Assembly (NCBI GenBank): GCA_964016885.1
Contig: OZ024744.1
Span: forward strand, 129,580,001-129,644,000
Length of the DNA stretch: 64,000 nucleotides
Source of the DNA: Eledone cirrhosa
Taxonomy: Eukaryota
Direction of reading: 5' to 3'
Shown here: piece by piece, positions 1 to 10,895 of the stretch
Layout of the letters: each line of letters starts with the position of its first letter
How positions within the stretch are numbered: the stretch's first letter is position 1
The notes under the pieces: model-generated
Told to the model about the DNA's origin: nothing
Databases searched by the model: none
Seen by the model: only the letters and a program-made list of their open reading frames with translations
Translations under genes and position numbers: made by a program

Positions 1-3000
1 GTTAAGTTGGTGTTAAGTTAAGTTGGGTTTAAGTTAAGTTGGGGCTAAGTTAAGTTAGGGCTAAGTTAAGTTGGGGCTGAGTTAAGTTGGGGTTAAGTTA
101 AGTTGGGGTTGAGTTAAGTTGGGGTTAAGTTAAGTTGGGGTTAAGTTAAGTTGGGGTTAAGTTAAGTTGGGGCTAAGTTAAGTTGGGGTTTAGTTAAGTT
201 GGGGTTAAGTTAAGGTGGGGTTAAGTTAAGTTGGGGTCAACTAAAGTTGGGGTTAAGTTAAGTTGGGGTTAACTTAAGTTGGGGTTGAGTTAAGTTGGGG
301 CTAAGTTAAGTTAGGGTTATGTTAAGTTGGGGTTAATTTAAGTTGGGGTTAAGTTAAGTTGGGGTTCAATTAAGTTGCGGTTAATTTAAGTTGGGGTTAA
401 GTTAAGTTGGGGTTAAGTTAAGTTAGGGTTAAGTTAAGTTGGGGTTAAGTTAAGTTGGGGTTAAATTAAGTTGGGGTTAAGTTAAGTTGGGGTTAAGTTA
501 AGTTGGGGTTAAGTTAAGTAGGGGTTAAGTTAAGTTGAGGTTAAGTTAAGTTGGGGTTAAGTTAAGTTGGGGTTAAGTTAAATTGTGGTTAAGTTAAGTT
601 GGGGTTAAGTTAAGTTGGGGTTAAGTTCAGTCGGGGTTAAGTTAAGTCGGGGTTAAGTTAAGTTGGGGTTGAGTTAAGTTGGGGTTAAGTTAAGTTGGGG
701 TTAAGATAAGTTGGGGTTAAGTTAAGTTGGGGTTGAGTTAAGTTGGGGTTGAGTTAATTTGGGGTTAAGTTAAGTTGGAGTTAACTTAAGTTGGGTTTAA
801 GTTAAGTTGGGGTTAAGTTAAGTTGGGGTTAAATTAAGTTGGGGTTAAGTTAAGTTGGGGGTAAGATAAGTTGGGGTTAGTTAAGTTGCGGTTAAGTTAA
901 GTTGGGGTTAAGTTAAGTTGGGGTTAAGTTAAGTTGGGGTAAAGTTAAGTTGGGGGTAAGTTAAGTTGGGGGTAAGTTAAGTTGGGGGTAAGTTAAGTTG
1001 GGGTTAATTTAAGTTAGGTCTAATTAAGTTGGGGTTAAGTTAAGTTGGGGTTAAATTAAGTTGGGGTTAAGTTAAGTTGGGGTTAAGTTAAGTTGGGGTT
1101 AAGTTAAGTTGCGGTTAAGTTAAGTTGAGGTTAAGTTAAGTAGGGGTTAAATTATGTTGGGGTTAAGTTAAGTTCGGGTTAAGTTAAGTTGGGGTTTAGT
1201 TAAGTTGGGGTTAAGTTAAGTTGGGGGTAAGTTAAGTTGGGGGTAAGTTAAGTTGGGGTTAAGTTAAGTTGGGTTTAAGTTAAGTTTGGGTTAAGTTAAG
1301 TTGGAGTTAAGTTAAGTTGGGGTTAAGTTAAGTTGGGGTTAAGTTAAGTAGGGGTTAAGTTAAGTTGGGGTTAAGTTAAGCTGGGGCTAAGTTAAGTTGG
1401 GGCTAAGTTAAGTTGGGGCTAAGTTAAGTTGGGGTTAAGTTAACTTTGGGTTAAGTTAATTTGGGTTTGAGTTAAGTTGGGGTTAATTAAGTTGGGGTTA
1501 AGTTAAGTTGGGGTTAAGTTAAGTTGGGGTTAAGTTAAGTTGGGGTTAAGTTAAGTTGCGGTTAAGTTAAGTTGATGTTAAGTTAATTTGGGGTTAAGTT
1601 AAGTTGGGGTTAAGTTAAGTTGGGGTTAAGTTAAGTTGGGGTTAAGTTAGGTGGGGTTAAGTTAAGTTGGGGTCAACTTAAGTTGGGGTTAAGTTAAGTT
1701 GGGGTTAACTTAAGTTGGGGTTAAGTTAAGTTGGGGTTAATTTAAGTTGAGGTTAAGTTAAGTTGGTGTTAAGTTAAGTTGGGGCTAAGTTAAGTTGGGG
1801 CTGAGTTAAGTTGGGGCTGAGTTAAGTTGGAGTTAAGTTAAGTTGGGGTTGAGTTAAGTTGCGGTTAAGTTAAGTTGGGGTTAAGTTAAGTTGGGGTTAA
1901 GTTAAGTTGGGGTTTATTTAAGTTGGGGTTCAGTTAATTTGGGGTTAAATTAAGTTGGGGTTAAGCTAAGTTGGGGTTAAGTTAAGTTGGGGTTAATTTA
2001 AGTTGGGGTTAAATTAAGTTGGGGTTAAGCTAAGTTGGGGTTAAGTTAAGTTGGGGTTAATTTAAGTTGGGGTTAAGTTAAGTTGCGGGTAATTTAAGTC
2101 GGGGTTAAGTTAAGTTGGGGTTAAGTTAAGTTGGGGTTAAGTTAAGGTGGGGTTTAGTTAAGTTGGGGTTAAGTTAAGTTGGGGGTAAGTTAAGTTGGGG
2201 TAAGTTAAGTTGGGGTTAAGTTAAGTTGGGGTTAAATTAAGTTAGGGTTAAGTTAAGTTGGGGTTGAGTTAAGTTGGGGTTAAGTTAAGTTGGGGTTATG
2301 TTAAGTTGGGGTTAAGTTAAGTTGGGGTTAAGTTAAGTTGGGGTTAAGTTAAGTTGCGGTTAAGTTAAGTTGGGGTTAAATTAAGTTGGGGTTAAGTTAA
2401 GTTGGGATTAAGTTAAGTTGGGGTTAAGTTAAGTTGGGGTTAAGTTAAGTTGGGGTTAAGTTAGATTGTTGTTAAGTTAAGTTGGGGTTAAGTTAAGTTG
2501 GGGTTAAGTTAAGTTGGGGTTAATTTAAGTTGGGGTTAAGTTAAGTCGTGGTTAAGTTTAGTTGGGGTTAAGTTAAGTTGGGGTTAAGTTAAGTTGGGGT
2601 TAAGTTAAGTTGGGGTTAAGATAAGTTGGGGTTAAGTTAAGTTGGGGTTAAATTAAGTTCGGGTTAAGTTAATTTGGGGTTGACTTAAGTTGGGGTTAAC
2701 TTAAGTTGGGATTAAATTAAGTTGGGGTTAAGTTAAGTTGGGGTTAAATTAAGTTCGGGTTAAGTTAAGTTGGGGTTAAGTTAAGTTGGGGTTAAGTTAA
2801 GTTGGGGTTAAGTTAACTTGGGGTTAAGTTAGGTTGGGGTTAAGTTAAGTTGGGGGTAAGTTAAGTTGGGGTTAAGTTAAGTTGGGGTTAAGTTAGGTTG
2901 GGGTTAAGTTAAGTTGGGGGTAAGTTAAGTTGGGGGTAAGTTAAGTTGGGGTTAATTTAAGTTGGGTCGAATTAAGTTGGTGTTAAGTTAAGTTGGGGTT

Positions 3001-6000
3001 AAGTTAAGTTGGGGTTAAGTTAAGTTGGGGTTAAGTTAAGTTGGGGTTAAGTTAAGATGGGGTTTAGTTAAGTTGGGGTTAAGTTAAGTTGGGGTTAAGT
3101 TAAGTTGGGGTTACGTTAAGTTGGGGGTAAGTTAAGTTGGTGGTAAGTTAAGTTGGGGGTAAGTTAAGATGGGGTTAAGTTAAGTTGGGGTTAATTTAAT
3201 TTGGGGTTAAGTTAGGGTTAAGTTAAGTTGGGGTTGAGTTAAGTCGGGGTTAAGTTAAGTTGGGGTTATGTTAAGTTGGGGTTAAGTTAAGTTGGGGTTA
3301 AGTTAAGTTGGGGTTCAATTAAGTTGCGGTTAATTTAAGTTGGGGTTAAGTTAAGTTGGGGTTAAGTTAAGTTGGGGTTAAGTTAAGTTGGGGTTAAATT
3401 AAGTTGGGGTTAAATTAAGTTGGGGTTAAGTTAAGTTGGGGTTAAGTTAAGTTGGGGTTAAGTTAAGTTGGGGTTAAGTTAGGTTGGTGTTAAGTTAAGT
3501 TGGGGGTAAGTTAAGTTGGGGGTAAGTTAAGTTGGTGTTAAGTTAAGTTGGGGTTAAGTTAAGTTGGGGTTAAATTAAGTTGGGTTTAAGTTAAGTTGGG
3601 GCTAAGTTAAGTTAGGGCTAAGTTAAGTTGGGGTTAAGTAAAGTTAGGGCTAAGTTAAGTTGGGTTAAGTTAAGTTGAGGTTAATTTAAGTTGGGGTTAC
3701 ATTAAGTTGAGGTTAAGTTAAGTTGGTGTTAAGTTAAGTTGGGGTTAATTTAAGTTGGGGTTAATTTAATTTGGGGTTAAGTTAGGGTTAAGTTAAGTTG
3801 GGGTTGAGTTAAGTTGGGATTAAGTTTAGTTGGGGTTAATTTAAGTTGGGGTTGAGTTAAGTTGGGGTTAAGTTAAGTTGGGGTTAAGTTAAGTTCGGGT
3901 TAAGTTAAGTTGGTGTTAAGTTAAGTTAGGGTTAAGTTAAGTTGGGGCTAAGTTAAGTTGGGTCTAAGTTAAGTTGGGGTTAAGTTAAGTTGGGGTTAAG
4001 TTAAGTTAGGGTTAATTTAAGTTGGGGTTATGTTAAGTTGGGGTTAAGTTAAGTTGGGGTTAAGTTAGGTTGGTGTTAAGTTAAGTTGGGGGTAAGTTAA
4101 GTTGGGGGTAAGTTAAGTTGGTGTTAAGTTAAGTTGGGTTTAAGTTAAGTTGGGGCTAAGTTAAGTTAGGGCTAAGTTAAGTTGGGGCTGAGTTAAGTTG
4201 GGGTTAAGTTAAGTTGGGGTTGAGTTAAGTTGGGGTTAAGTTAAGTTGGGGTTAAGTTAAGTTGGGGTTAAGTTAAGTTGGGGCTAAGTTAAGTTGGGGT
4301 TTAGTTAAGTTGGGGTTAAGTTAAGGTGGGGTTAAGTTAAGTTGGGGTCAACTAAAGTTGGGGTTAAGTTAAGTTGGGGTTAACTTAAGTTGGGGTTAAG
4401 TTAAGTTGGGGTTAAGTTAAGTTGGTGTTAAATTAAGTTCGGGTTAAGTTAAGTTCGGGTTAAGTTAAGTTGGGGTTAAGTTAAGTTGGGGTTAAGTTAA
4501 GTTGGGGTTAAGTTAGGTTGGGGTTAAGTTAAGTTGGGGGTAAGTTAAGTTGGGGTTAAGTTAAGTTGGCGTTAAGTTAGGTTGGGGTTAAGTTAAGTTG
4601 GGGGTAAGTTAAGTTGGGGGTAAGTTAAGTTGGGGTTAATTTAAGTTGGGTCGAATTAAGTTGGTGTTAAGTTAAGTTGGGGTTAAGTTAAGTTGGGGTT
4701 AAGTTAAGTTGGGGTTAAGTTAAGATGGGGTTTAGTTAAGTTGGGGTTAAGTTAAGTTGGGGTTAAGTTAAGTTGGGGTTACGTTAAGTTGGGGGTAAGT
4801 TAAGTTGGTGGTAAGTTAAGTTGGGGGTAAGTTAAGATGGGGTTAAGTTAAGTTGGGGTTAATTTAATTTGGGGTTAAGTTAGGGTTAAGTTAAGTTGGG
4901 GTTGAGTTAAGTCGGGGTTAAGTTAAGTTGGGGTTATGTTAAGTTGGGGTTAAGTTAAGTTGGGGTTAAGTTAAGTTGGGGTTCAATTAAGTTGCGGTTA
5001 ATTTAAGTTGGGGTTAAGTTAAGTTGGGGTTAAGTTAAGTTGGGGTTAAGTTAAGTTGGGGTTAAATTAAGTTGGGGTTAAATTAAGTTGGGGTTAAGTT
5101 AAGTTGGGGTTATGTTAAGTTGGTGTTAAGTTAAGTTGGGGTTAAGTTAAGTTGGGGTTAAGTTAAGTTGGGGTTAAGTTAGGTTGGTGTTAAGTTAAGT
5201 TGGGGGTAAGTTAAGTTGGGGGTAAGTTAAGTTGGTGTTAAGTTAAGTTGGGGTTAAGTTAAGTTGGGGTTAAGTTAAGTTGGGTTTAAGTTAAGTTGGG
5301 GCTAAGTTAAATTAGGGCTAAGTTAAGTTGGGGTTAAGTAAAGTTAGGGCTAAGTTAAGTTGGGTTAAGTGAAGTTGGGGTTAATTTAAGTTGGGGTTAC
5401 ATTAAGTTGAGGTTAAGTTAAGTTGGTGTTAAGTTAAGTTGGGGTTAATTTAAGTTGGGGTTAATTAAGTTGGGGTTAAGTTAAGTTGGGGTTAAGTTAA
5501 GTTGGGGTTAATTTCAGTTGGGGTTGAGTTAAGTTGGGGTTAAGTTTAGTTAGGGTTAATTTAAGTTGGGGTTGAGTTAAGTTGGGGTTAAGTTAAGTTG
5601 GGGTTAAGTTAAGTTCGGGTTAAGTTAAGTTGGTGTTAAGTTAAGTTAGGGTTAAGTTAAGTTGGGGCTAAGTTAAGTTGGGTCTAAGTTAAGTTGGGGT
5701 TAAGTTAAGTTGGGGTTAAGTTAAGTTAGGGTTAATTTAAGTTGGGGTTATGTTAAGTTGGGGTTAAGTTAAGTTGGGGTTAAGTTAGGTTGGTGTTAAG
5801 TTAAGTTGGGGATAAGTTAAGTTGGTGTTAAGTTAAGTTGGGTTTAAGTTAAGTTGGGGCTAAGTTAAGTTAGGGCTAAGTTAAGTTGGGGCTGAGTTAA
5901 GTTGGGGTTAAGTTAAGTTGGGGTTGAGTTAAGTTGGGGTTAAGTTAAGTTGGGGTTAAGTTAAGTTGGGGTTAAGTTAAGTTGGGGCTAAGTTAAGTTG

Positions 6001-7954
6001 GGGTTTAGTTAAGTTGGGGTTAACATAAGTTGGGGTTAAGTTAAGTTGGGGTTAAGTTGGGGTTAAATTAAGTTAGGGTTAAGTTAAGTTGGGGTTAAGT
6101 TAAGTTGGGGTTAAGTTAAGTTGCGGGTAATTTAAGTTTGGGTTAAGTTAAGTTTGGGTTAAGTTAAGTTGGGGGTAAGTTAAGTTGGGGGTAAGTTAAG
6201 TTGGGGTTAAGTTAAGTTGGGGTTAAGTTAAGTTGGCGTTATGTTAAGTTGGGGTTAAGTTAAGTTGGGGTTAAGTTAAGTTGGGGTTAAGTTAAGTTGC
6301 GGTTAAGTTAAGTTGGGGTTAAATTAAGTTGGGGTTAAGTTAAGTTGGGATTAAGTTAAGTTGGGGTTAAGTTAAGTTGGGGTTAAGTTAAGTTGGGGTT
6401 AAGTTAGATTGTTGTTAAGTTAAGTTGGGGTTAAGTTAAGTTGGGGTTAATTTAAGTTGGGGTTAATTTAAGTTGGGTCTAATTAAGTTGGGGTTAAGTT
6501 AAGTTGGGGTTAAGTTAAGTTGGGGTTAAGTTAAGTTGGGGTTAAGTTAAGTTGGGTTTACGTTAAGTTGGGGGTAAGTTAAGTTGGTGGTAAGTTAAGT
6601 TGGGGGTAAGTTAAGATGGGGTTAAGTTAAGTTGGGGTTAATTTAATTTGGGGTTAAGTTAAGTTAGGGTTAAGTTAAGTTGGGGTTGAGTTAAGTCGGG
6701 GTTCAGTTAAGTTGGGGTTATGTTAAGTTTGGGTTAAGTTAAGTTGGGGTTAAGTTAAGTTGGGGTTCAATTAAGTTGCGGGTAATTTAAGTTGGGGTTA
6801 AGTTAAGTTGGGGGTACGTTAAGTTGGGGGTAAGTTAAGTTGGGGTTAAGTTAAGTTGGGGTTAAGTTAAGTCGGGGTTAATTTAAGTTGCGGTTAAGTT
6901 AAGTTGGGGTTAAGTTAAGTTGGGGTTCAGTTAAGTTGGGGTTAAGTTAGATTGTTGTTAAGTTATTTTGGGGTTAAGTTAAGTTGGGGTTAAGTTAAGT
7001 TGGGGTTAATTTAAGTTGGGGTTAAGTTAAGTGGGGGTTAAGTTGAGTTGGGGTTAAGTTAAGTTGGGGTTAAGTTAAGTTGGGGTTAAGATAAGTTGGG
7101 GTTAAGTTAAGTTGGGGTTGAGTTAAGTTCGGGTTGAGTTAATTTGGGGTTAACTTAAGTTGGGGTTAACTTAAGTTGGGATTAAGTTAAGTTGGGGTTA
7201 AGTTAAGTTGGGGTTAAATTAAGTTCGGGTTAAGTTAAGTTGGGGTTAAGTTAAGTTGGGGTTAAGTTAGGTTGTGGTTAAGTTATGTTGGGGGTAAGTT
7301 AAGTTGGGGGTAAGTTAAGTTGGGGTTAAGTTAAGTTGGGGTTAGGTTAAGTTGGGGTTAAGTTAAGTTGGGGTTAAGTTAAGTTGGGGTTAAGTTAAGT
7401 TGGGGTTACGTTAAGTTGGGGGTAAGTTAAGTTGGTGGTAAGTTAAGTTGGGGGTAAGTTAAGATGGGGTTAAGTTAAGTTGGGGTTAATTTAATTTGGG
7501 GTTAATTTAAGTTGGGGTTAAGTTAAGTTGGGGTTAAGTTAAGTTGGGGTTAAGTTAAGTTGGGGTTAAATTAAGTTAGGGCTAAGTTAAGTTGAGGTTA
7601 TGTTAAGTTGATGTTAAGTTAAGTTGGGGTTAAGTTAAGTTGGGGTTAAGTTAAGTTGGGGTTAAGTTAAGTTGGGTTTAAGTTAAGTTGGGGCTAAGTT
7701 AAGTTGGGGTTAAGTTAAGTTGGGGTTAAGTTAAGTTGGGGTTAAGTTAGGTTGGTGTTAAGTTAAGTTGGGGGTAAGTTAAGTTGGGGGTAAGTTAAGT
7801 TGGTGTTAAGTTAAGTTGGGGTTAAGTCAAGTTGGGGTTAAGTTAAGTTGGGTTTAAGTTAAGTTGGGGTTAAGTTAAGTTGGGGTTAAGTGAAGTTGGG
7901 GTTAACTTAAGTTGGGGGTAAGTTAAGTTGGGTTTGAGTTAAGTTGGGGTTAAG
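1..7954 (+). repeat. 16-bp satellite array, consensus (TTAAGTTAAGTTGGGG)n, G-rich strand on +; runs off the left edge of the window
   Basis: Continuous 16-bp periodicity GGGGTTAAGTTAAGTT with scattered single-base variants and occasional 11-, 15- and 17-bp monomers. Confidence 0.98.
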
Positions 7955-8626
7955 TTAGGTTTTTCGAAAACCTTATATAATCATTTTTTTTTAGGTTTTT
8001 CGAAACACCTTATATAATCAATTTTTTTATGTTTTTCGAAAAACCTTATATAATCATTTTTTTTATACTTTTAGAAATATTTATATCTGATTTCAAATAT
8101 TTATTTTTTTAGGTTTTTCGAAAACCTTATATAATCAATTTTTTTTAGGTTTTTCGAAAAATGTTATATAATCAATTTTTTTTAGGTTTTTCGAAAAACC
8201 TTATATAATCAATTTTTTTTTAGGTTTTTCGAAACACCTTATATAATCAATTTTTTTTAGGTTTTTCGAAAAACCTTATATAATTAATTTTTTTATACTT
8301 TTAGAAATATTTATATCTGATTTCAAATATTGATTTTTTTTAGGTTTTTCGAAAAACCTTATATAATCAATTTTTTTTAGGTTTTTCGAAAAACCTTATA
8401 TAATCAATTTTTTTAGGTTTTTCGTAAAACCTTATATAATCAATTTTTTTAGGTTTTTCGAAAAACCTTATATAATCAATTTTTTTTAGGTTTTTCGAAA
8501 TACCTTATATAATTAATTTTTTTTAGGTTTTTCGAAAAATCTTATATAATTAATTTATATCTGATTTCAAATATTGATTTTTTTAGGTTTTTCGAAAACC
8601 TTATATAATCAATTTTTTTTAGGTTT

Positions 8627-8880
8627 TTCGAAAAAGAATGAATTCATATTCGAAATATATACTTCTGCATTAATCTTTTTACGTTTTTCTGATTTTTTGC
8701 ATGTTTTGAAATTTAAAAAAAACGTAAAAAATTAATGCTTTTACAAATATTTTGAAATATTTACTTTCTGGTTTCAAATTTTGCAAATTAAATTTTTTTC
8801 TAAAAAAATCAGTTTTCTAAATCAGAAGTTAATATTTCGAAAAACGCAATTTAAAAAACTCATATTAATTTTTTTTCGAA
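8627..8880. repeat. Inverted-repeat (MITE/foldback-like) unit, island 1 copy 1
   Basis: Runs from TTCGAAAAAGAATGAATT to AACTCATATTAATTTTTTTTCGAA (imperfect inverted ends); small deletion in the left arm relative to copies 2-4. Confidence 0.8.
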
Positions 8881-9010
8881 TGAAGTTTTTTTATGCTTTT
8901 AGAAATATTTATATCTGATTTAAAATATTGATTTTTTTAGGTTTACCTTATATAATCAAATTTTTTTAGGTTTTTCGAAATATCTTATATAATCAATTTT
9001 TTTTAGGTTT

Positions 9011-9267
9011 TTCGAAAAAGAATGAATTTGAGTTCATAGTCGAAATATATACTTCTGCATTAATCTTTGATTTTTTGCATGTTTTGAAATTTAAAAAAAA
9101 CGTAAAAAATTAATGCTTTTACAAATATTTTGAAATATTTACTTTCTGGTTTCAAAGTTTGCAAATTAAATTTTTTTCGAAAAACCTAAAAAAAATCAGT
9201 TTTTGAGATCAGAAGTTAATATTTCGAAAAACGCAATTTGAAAAACTCATATTAATTTTTTTTCGAA
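9011..9267. repeat. Inverted-repeat unit, island 1 copy 2
   Basis: TTCGAAAAAGAATGAATTTGAGTT ... AACTCATATTAATTTTTTTTCGAA; diagnostic CAAAGTTTGC and TTTGAGATCAG variants. Confidence 0.8.
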
Positions 9268-9468
9268 TGAAGTTTTTTATACTTTTAGAAATATTTCAAA
9301 TAGTGATTTTTTTAGGTTTTTCGAAATATCTTATATAATCAATTTTTTTTAGGTTTTTCGAAATATTTATATCTGATTTTAAATATTGATTTTTTTAGGT
9401 TTACCTTATATAATCAAATTTTTTTAGGTTTTTCGAAAAATCTTATATAATCAAATTTTTTTAGGTTT

Positions 9469-9737
9469 TTCGAAAAAGAATGAATTTGAGTTCATAGTCG
9501 AAATATATACTTCTGCATTAATCTTTTTACGTTTTTCTGATTTTTTGCATGTTTTGAAATTTAAAAAAAACGTAAAAAATTAATGCTTTTACAAATATTT
9601 TGAAATATTTACTTTCTGGTTTCGAATTTTGCAAATTAAATTTTTTTCGAAAAACCTAAAAAAAGTCAGTTTTCGAAATCAGAAGTTAATATTTCGAAAA
9701 ACGCAATTTGAAAAACTCATATTAATTTTTTTTCGAA
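9469..9737. repeat. Inverted-repeat unit, island 1 copy 3 (most complete)
   Basis: Both imperfect terminal inverted arms and the internal hairpin GCATTAATCTTTTTACGTTTTT / AAAAACGTAAAAAATTAATGC are intact. Confidence 0.8.
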
Positions 9738-9837
9738 TGAAGTTTTTTATACTTTTAGAAATATTTATATCTGATTTCAAATATTGATTTTTTTAGGTTT
9801 TTCGAAAAATCTTATATAATCAATTTTTTTTAGGTTT

Positions 9838-9984
9838 TTCGAAAAAGAATGAATTTGAGTTCATAGTCGAAATATATACCAGAAAATCTTTGATTTTTTG
9901 CATGTTTTGAAATTTAAAAAAAACGTAAAAAATTAATATTTCGAAAAACGCAATTTGAAAAACTCATATTAATTTTTTTTCGAA
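9838..9984. repeat. Inverted-repeat unit, island 1 copy 4 (internally deleted)
   Basis: AAACGTAAAAAATTAAT is joined directly to ATTTCGAAAAACGC; ~110 bp missing at a TTAAT microhomology. Confidence 0.8.
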
Positions 9985-10113
9985 TGAATTCTTTTATACT
10001 TTTAGAAATATTTATATCTGATTTTAAATATTGATTTTTTTAGGTTTACCTTATATAATCAAATTTTTTTAGGTTGTTCGAAAAATCTTATATAATCAAA
10101 TTTTTTTAGGTTT

Positions 10114-10377
10114 TTCGAAAAAGAATTTGAGTTCATAGTCGAAATATATACTTCTGCATTAATCTTTTTACGTTTTTCTGATTTTTTGCATGTTTTGAAA
10201 TTTAAAAAAAACGTAAAAAATTAATGCTTTTACAAATATTTTGAAATATTTACTTTCTGGTTTCAAATTTTGCAAATTAAATTTTTTTCGAAAAACCTAA
10301 AAAAATCAGTTTTCGAAATCAGAAGTTAATATTTCGAAAAACGCAATTTAAAAAACTCATATTAATTTTTTTTCGAA
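10114..10377. repeat. Inverted-repeat unit, island 1 copy 5
   Basis: Same unit; left arm variant AAAGAATTTGAGTTC. Confidence 0.8.
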
Positions 10378-10895
10378 TGAATTCTTTTAGAAATATTTAT
10401 ATCTGATTTCAAATATTGATTTTTTTAGGTTTACCTTATATAATCAAATTTTTTTAGGTTTTTCAAAAACCTTATATAATCAATTTTTTTTAGGTTTTTC
10501 GAAAAACCTTACATAATCAATTTTTTTTAGGTTTTTCAAAATACCTTATATAATCAATTTTTTTTAGGTTTTTCGAAGGACCTTATATAATCAATTTTTT
10601 TTAGGTTTTTTCGAAAAACCTTATATAATCAATTTTTTACGTTTTTAGAAAAACCTTATATAATCAATTTTTTTATACTTTTAGAAATATTTATATCTGA
10701 TTTCAAATATTGATTTTTTTTAGATTTTTCGAAATACCTTATATAATCAATTTTTCTAGGTGTTTCGAAAAACCTTATATAATCAATTTTTTTTAGGTTT
10801 TTCGAAAGACCTTATATAATCAATTTTTTTTAGGTTTTTCGAAAAACCTTATATAATCAATTTTTTTAGGTTTTTCGACAACCTTATATAATCAA

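Larger units (their letters stand above)
7955..10895. repeat. AT-rich island 1: ~37-bp palindromic minisatellite with 5 embedded ~260-bp inverted-repeat units
   Basis: Abrupt composition change; monomer TAGGTTTTTCGAAAAACCTTATATAATCAATTTTTTT (e.g. 8221-8257, next copy at 8258), interspersed with a recurrent linker ATACTTTTAGAAATATTTATATCTGATTTCAAATATTGA. Confidence 0.95.

Noticed and set aside
8221-8260. Rho-independent terminator or TATA promoter within the 37-mer
   Set aside because: There is no associated gene, the stem is AT-rich and loopless, and such motifs are expected in an AT-rich tandem repeat
7955-8630. CRISPR-like array (37-bp repeats with an internal palindrome)
   Set aside because: Repeats are head-to-tail with no unique spacers, the occasional intervening segments are themselves repeated, and there are no cas genes
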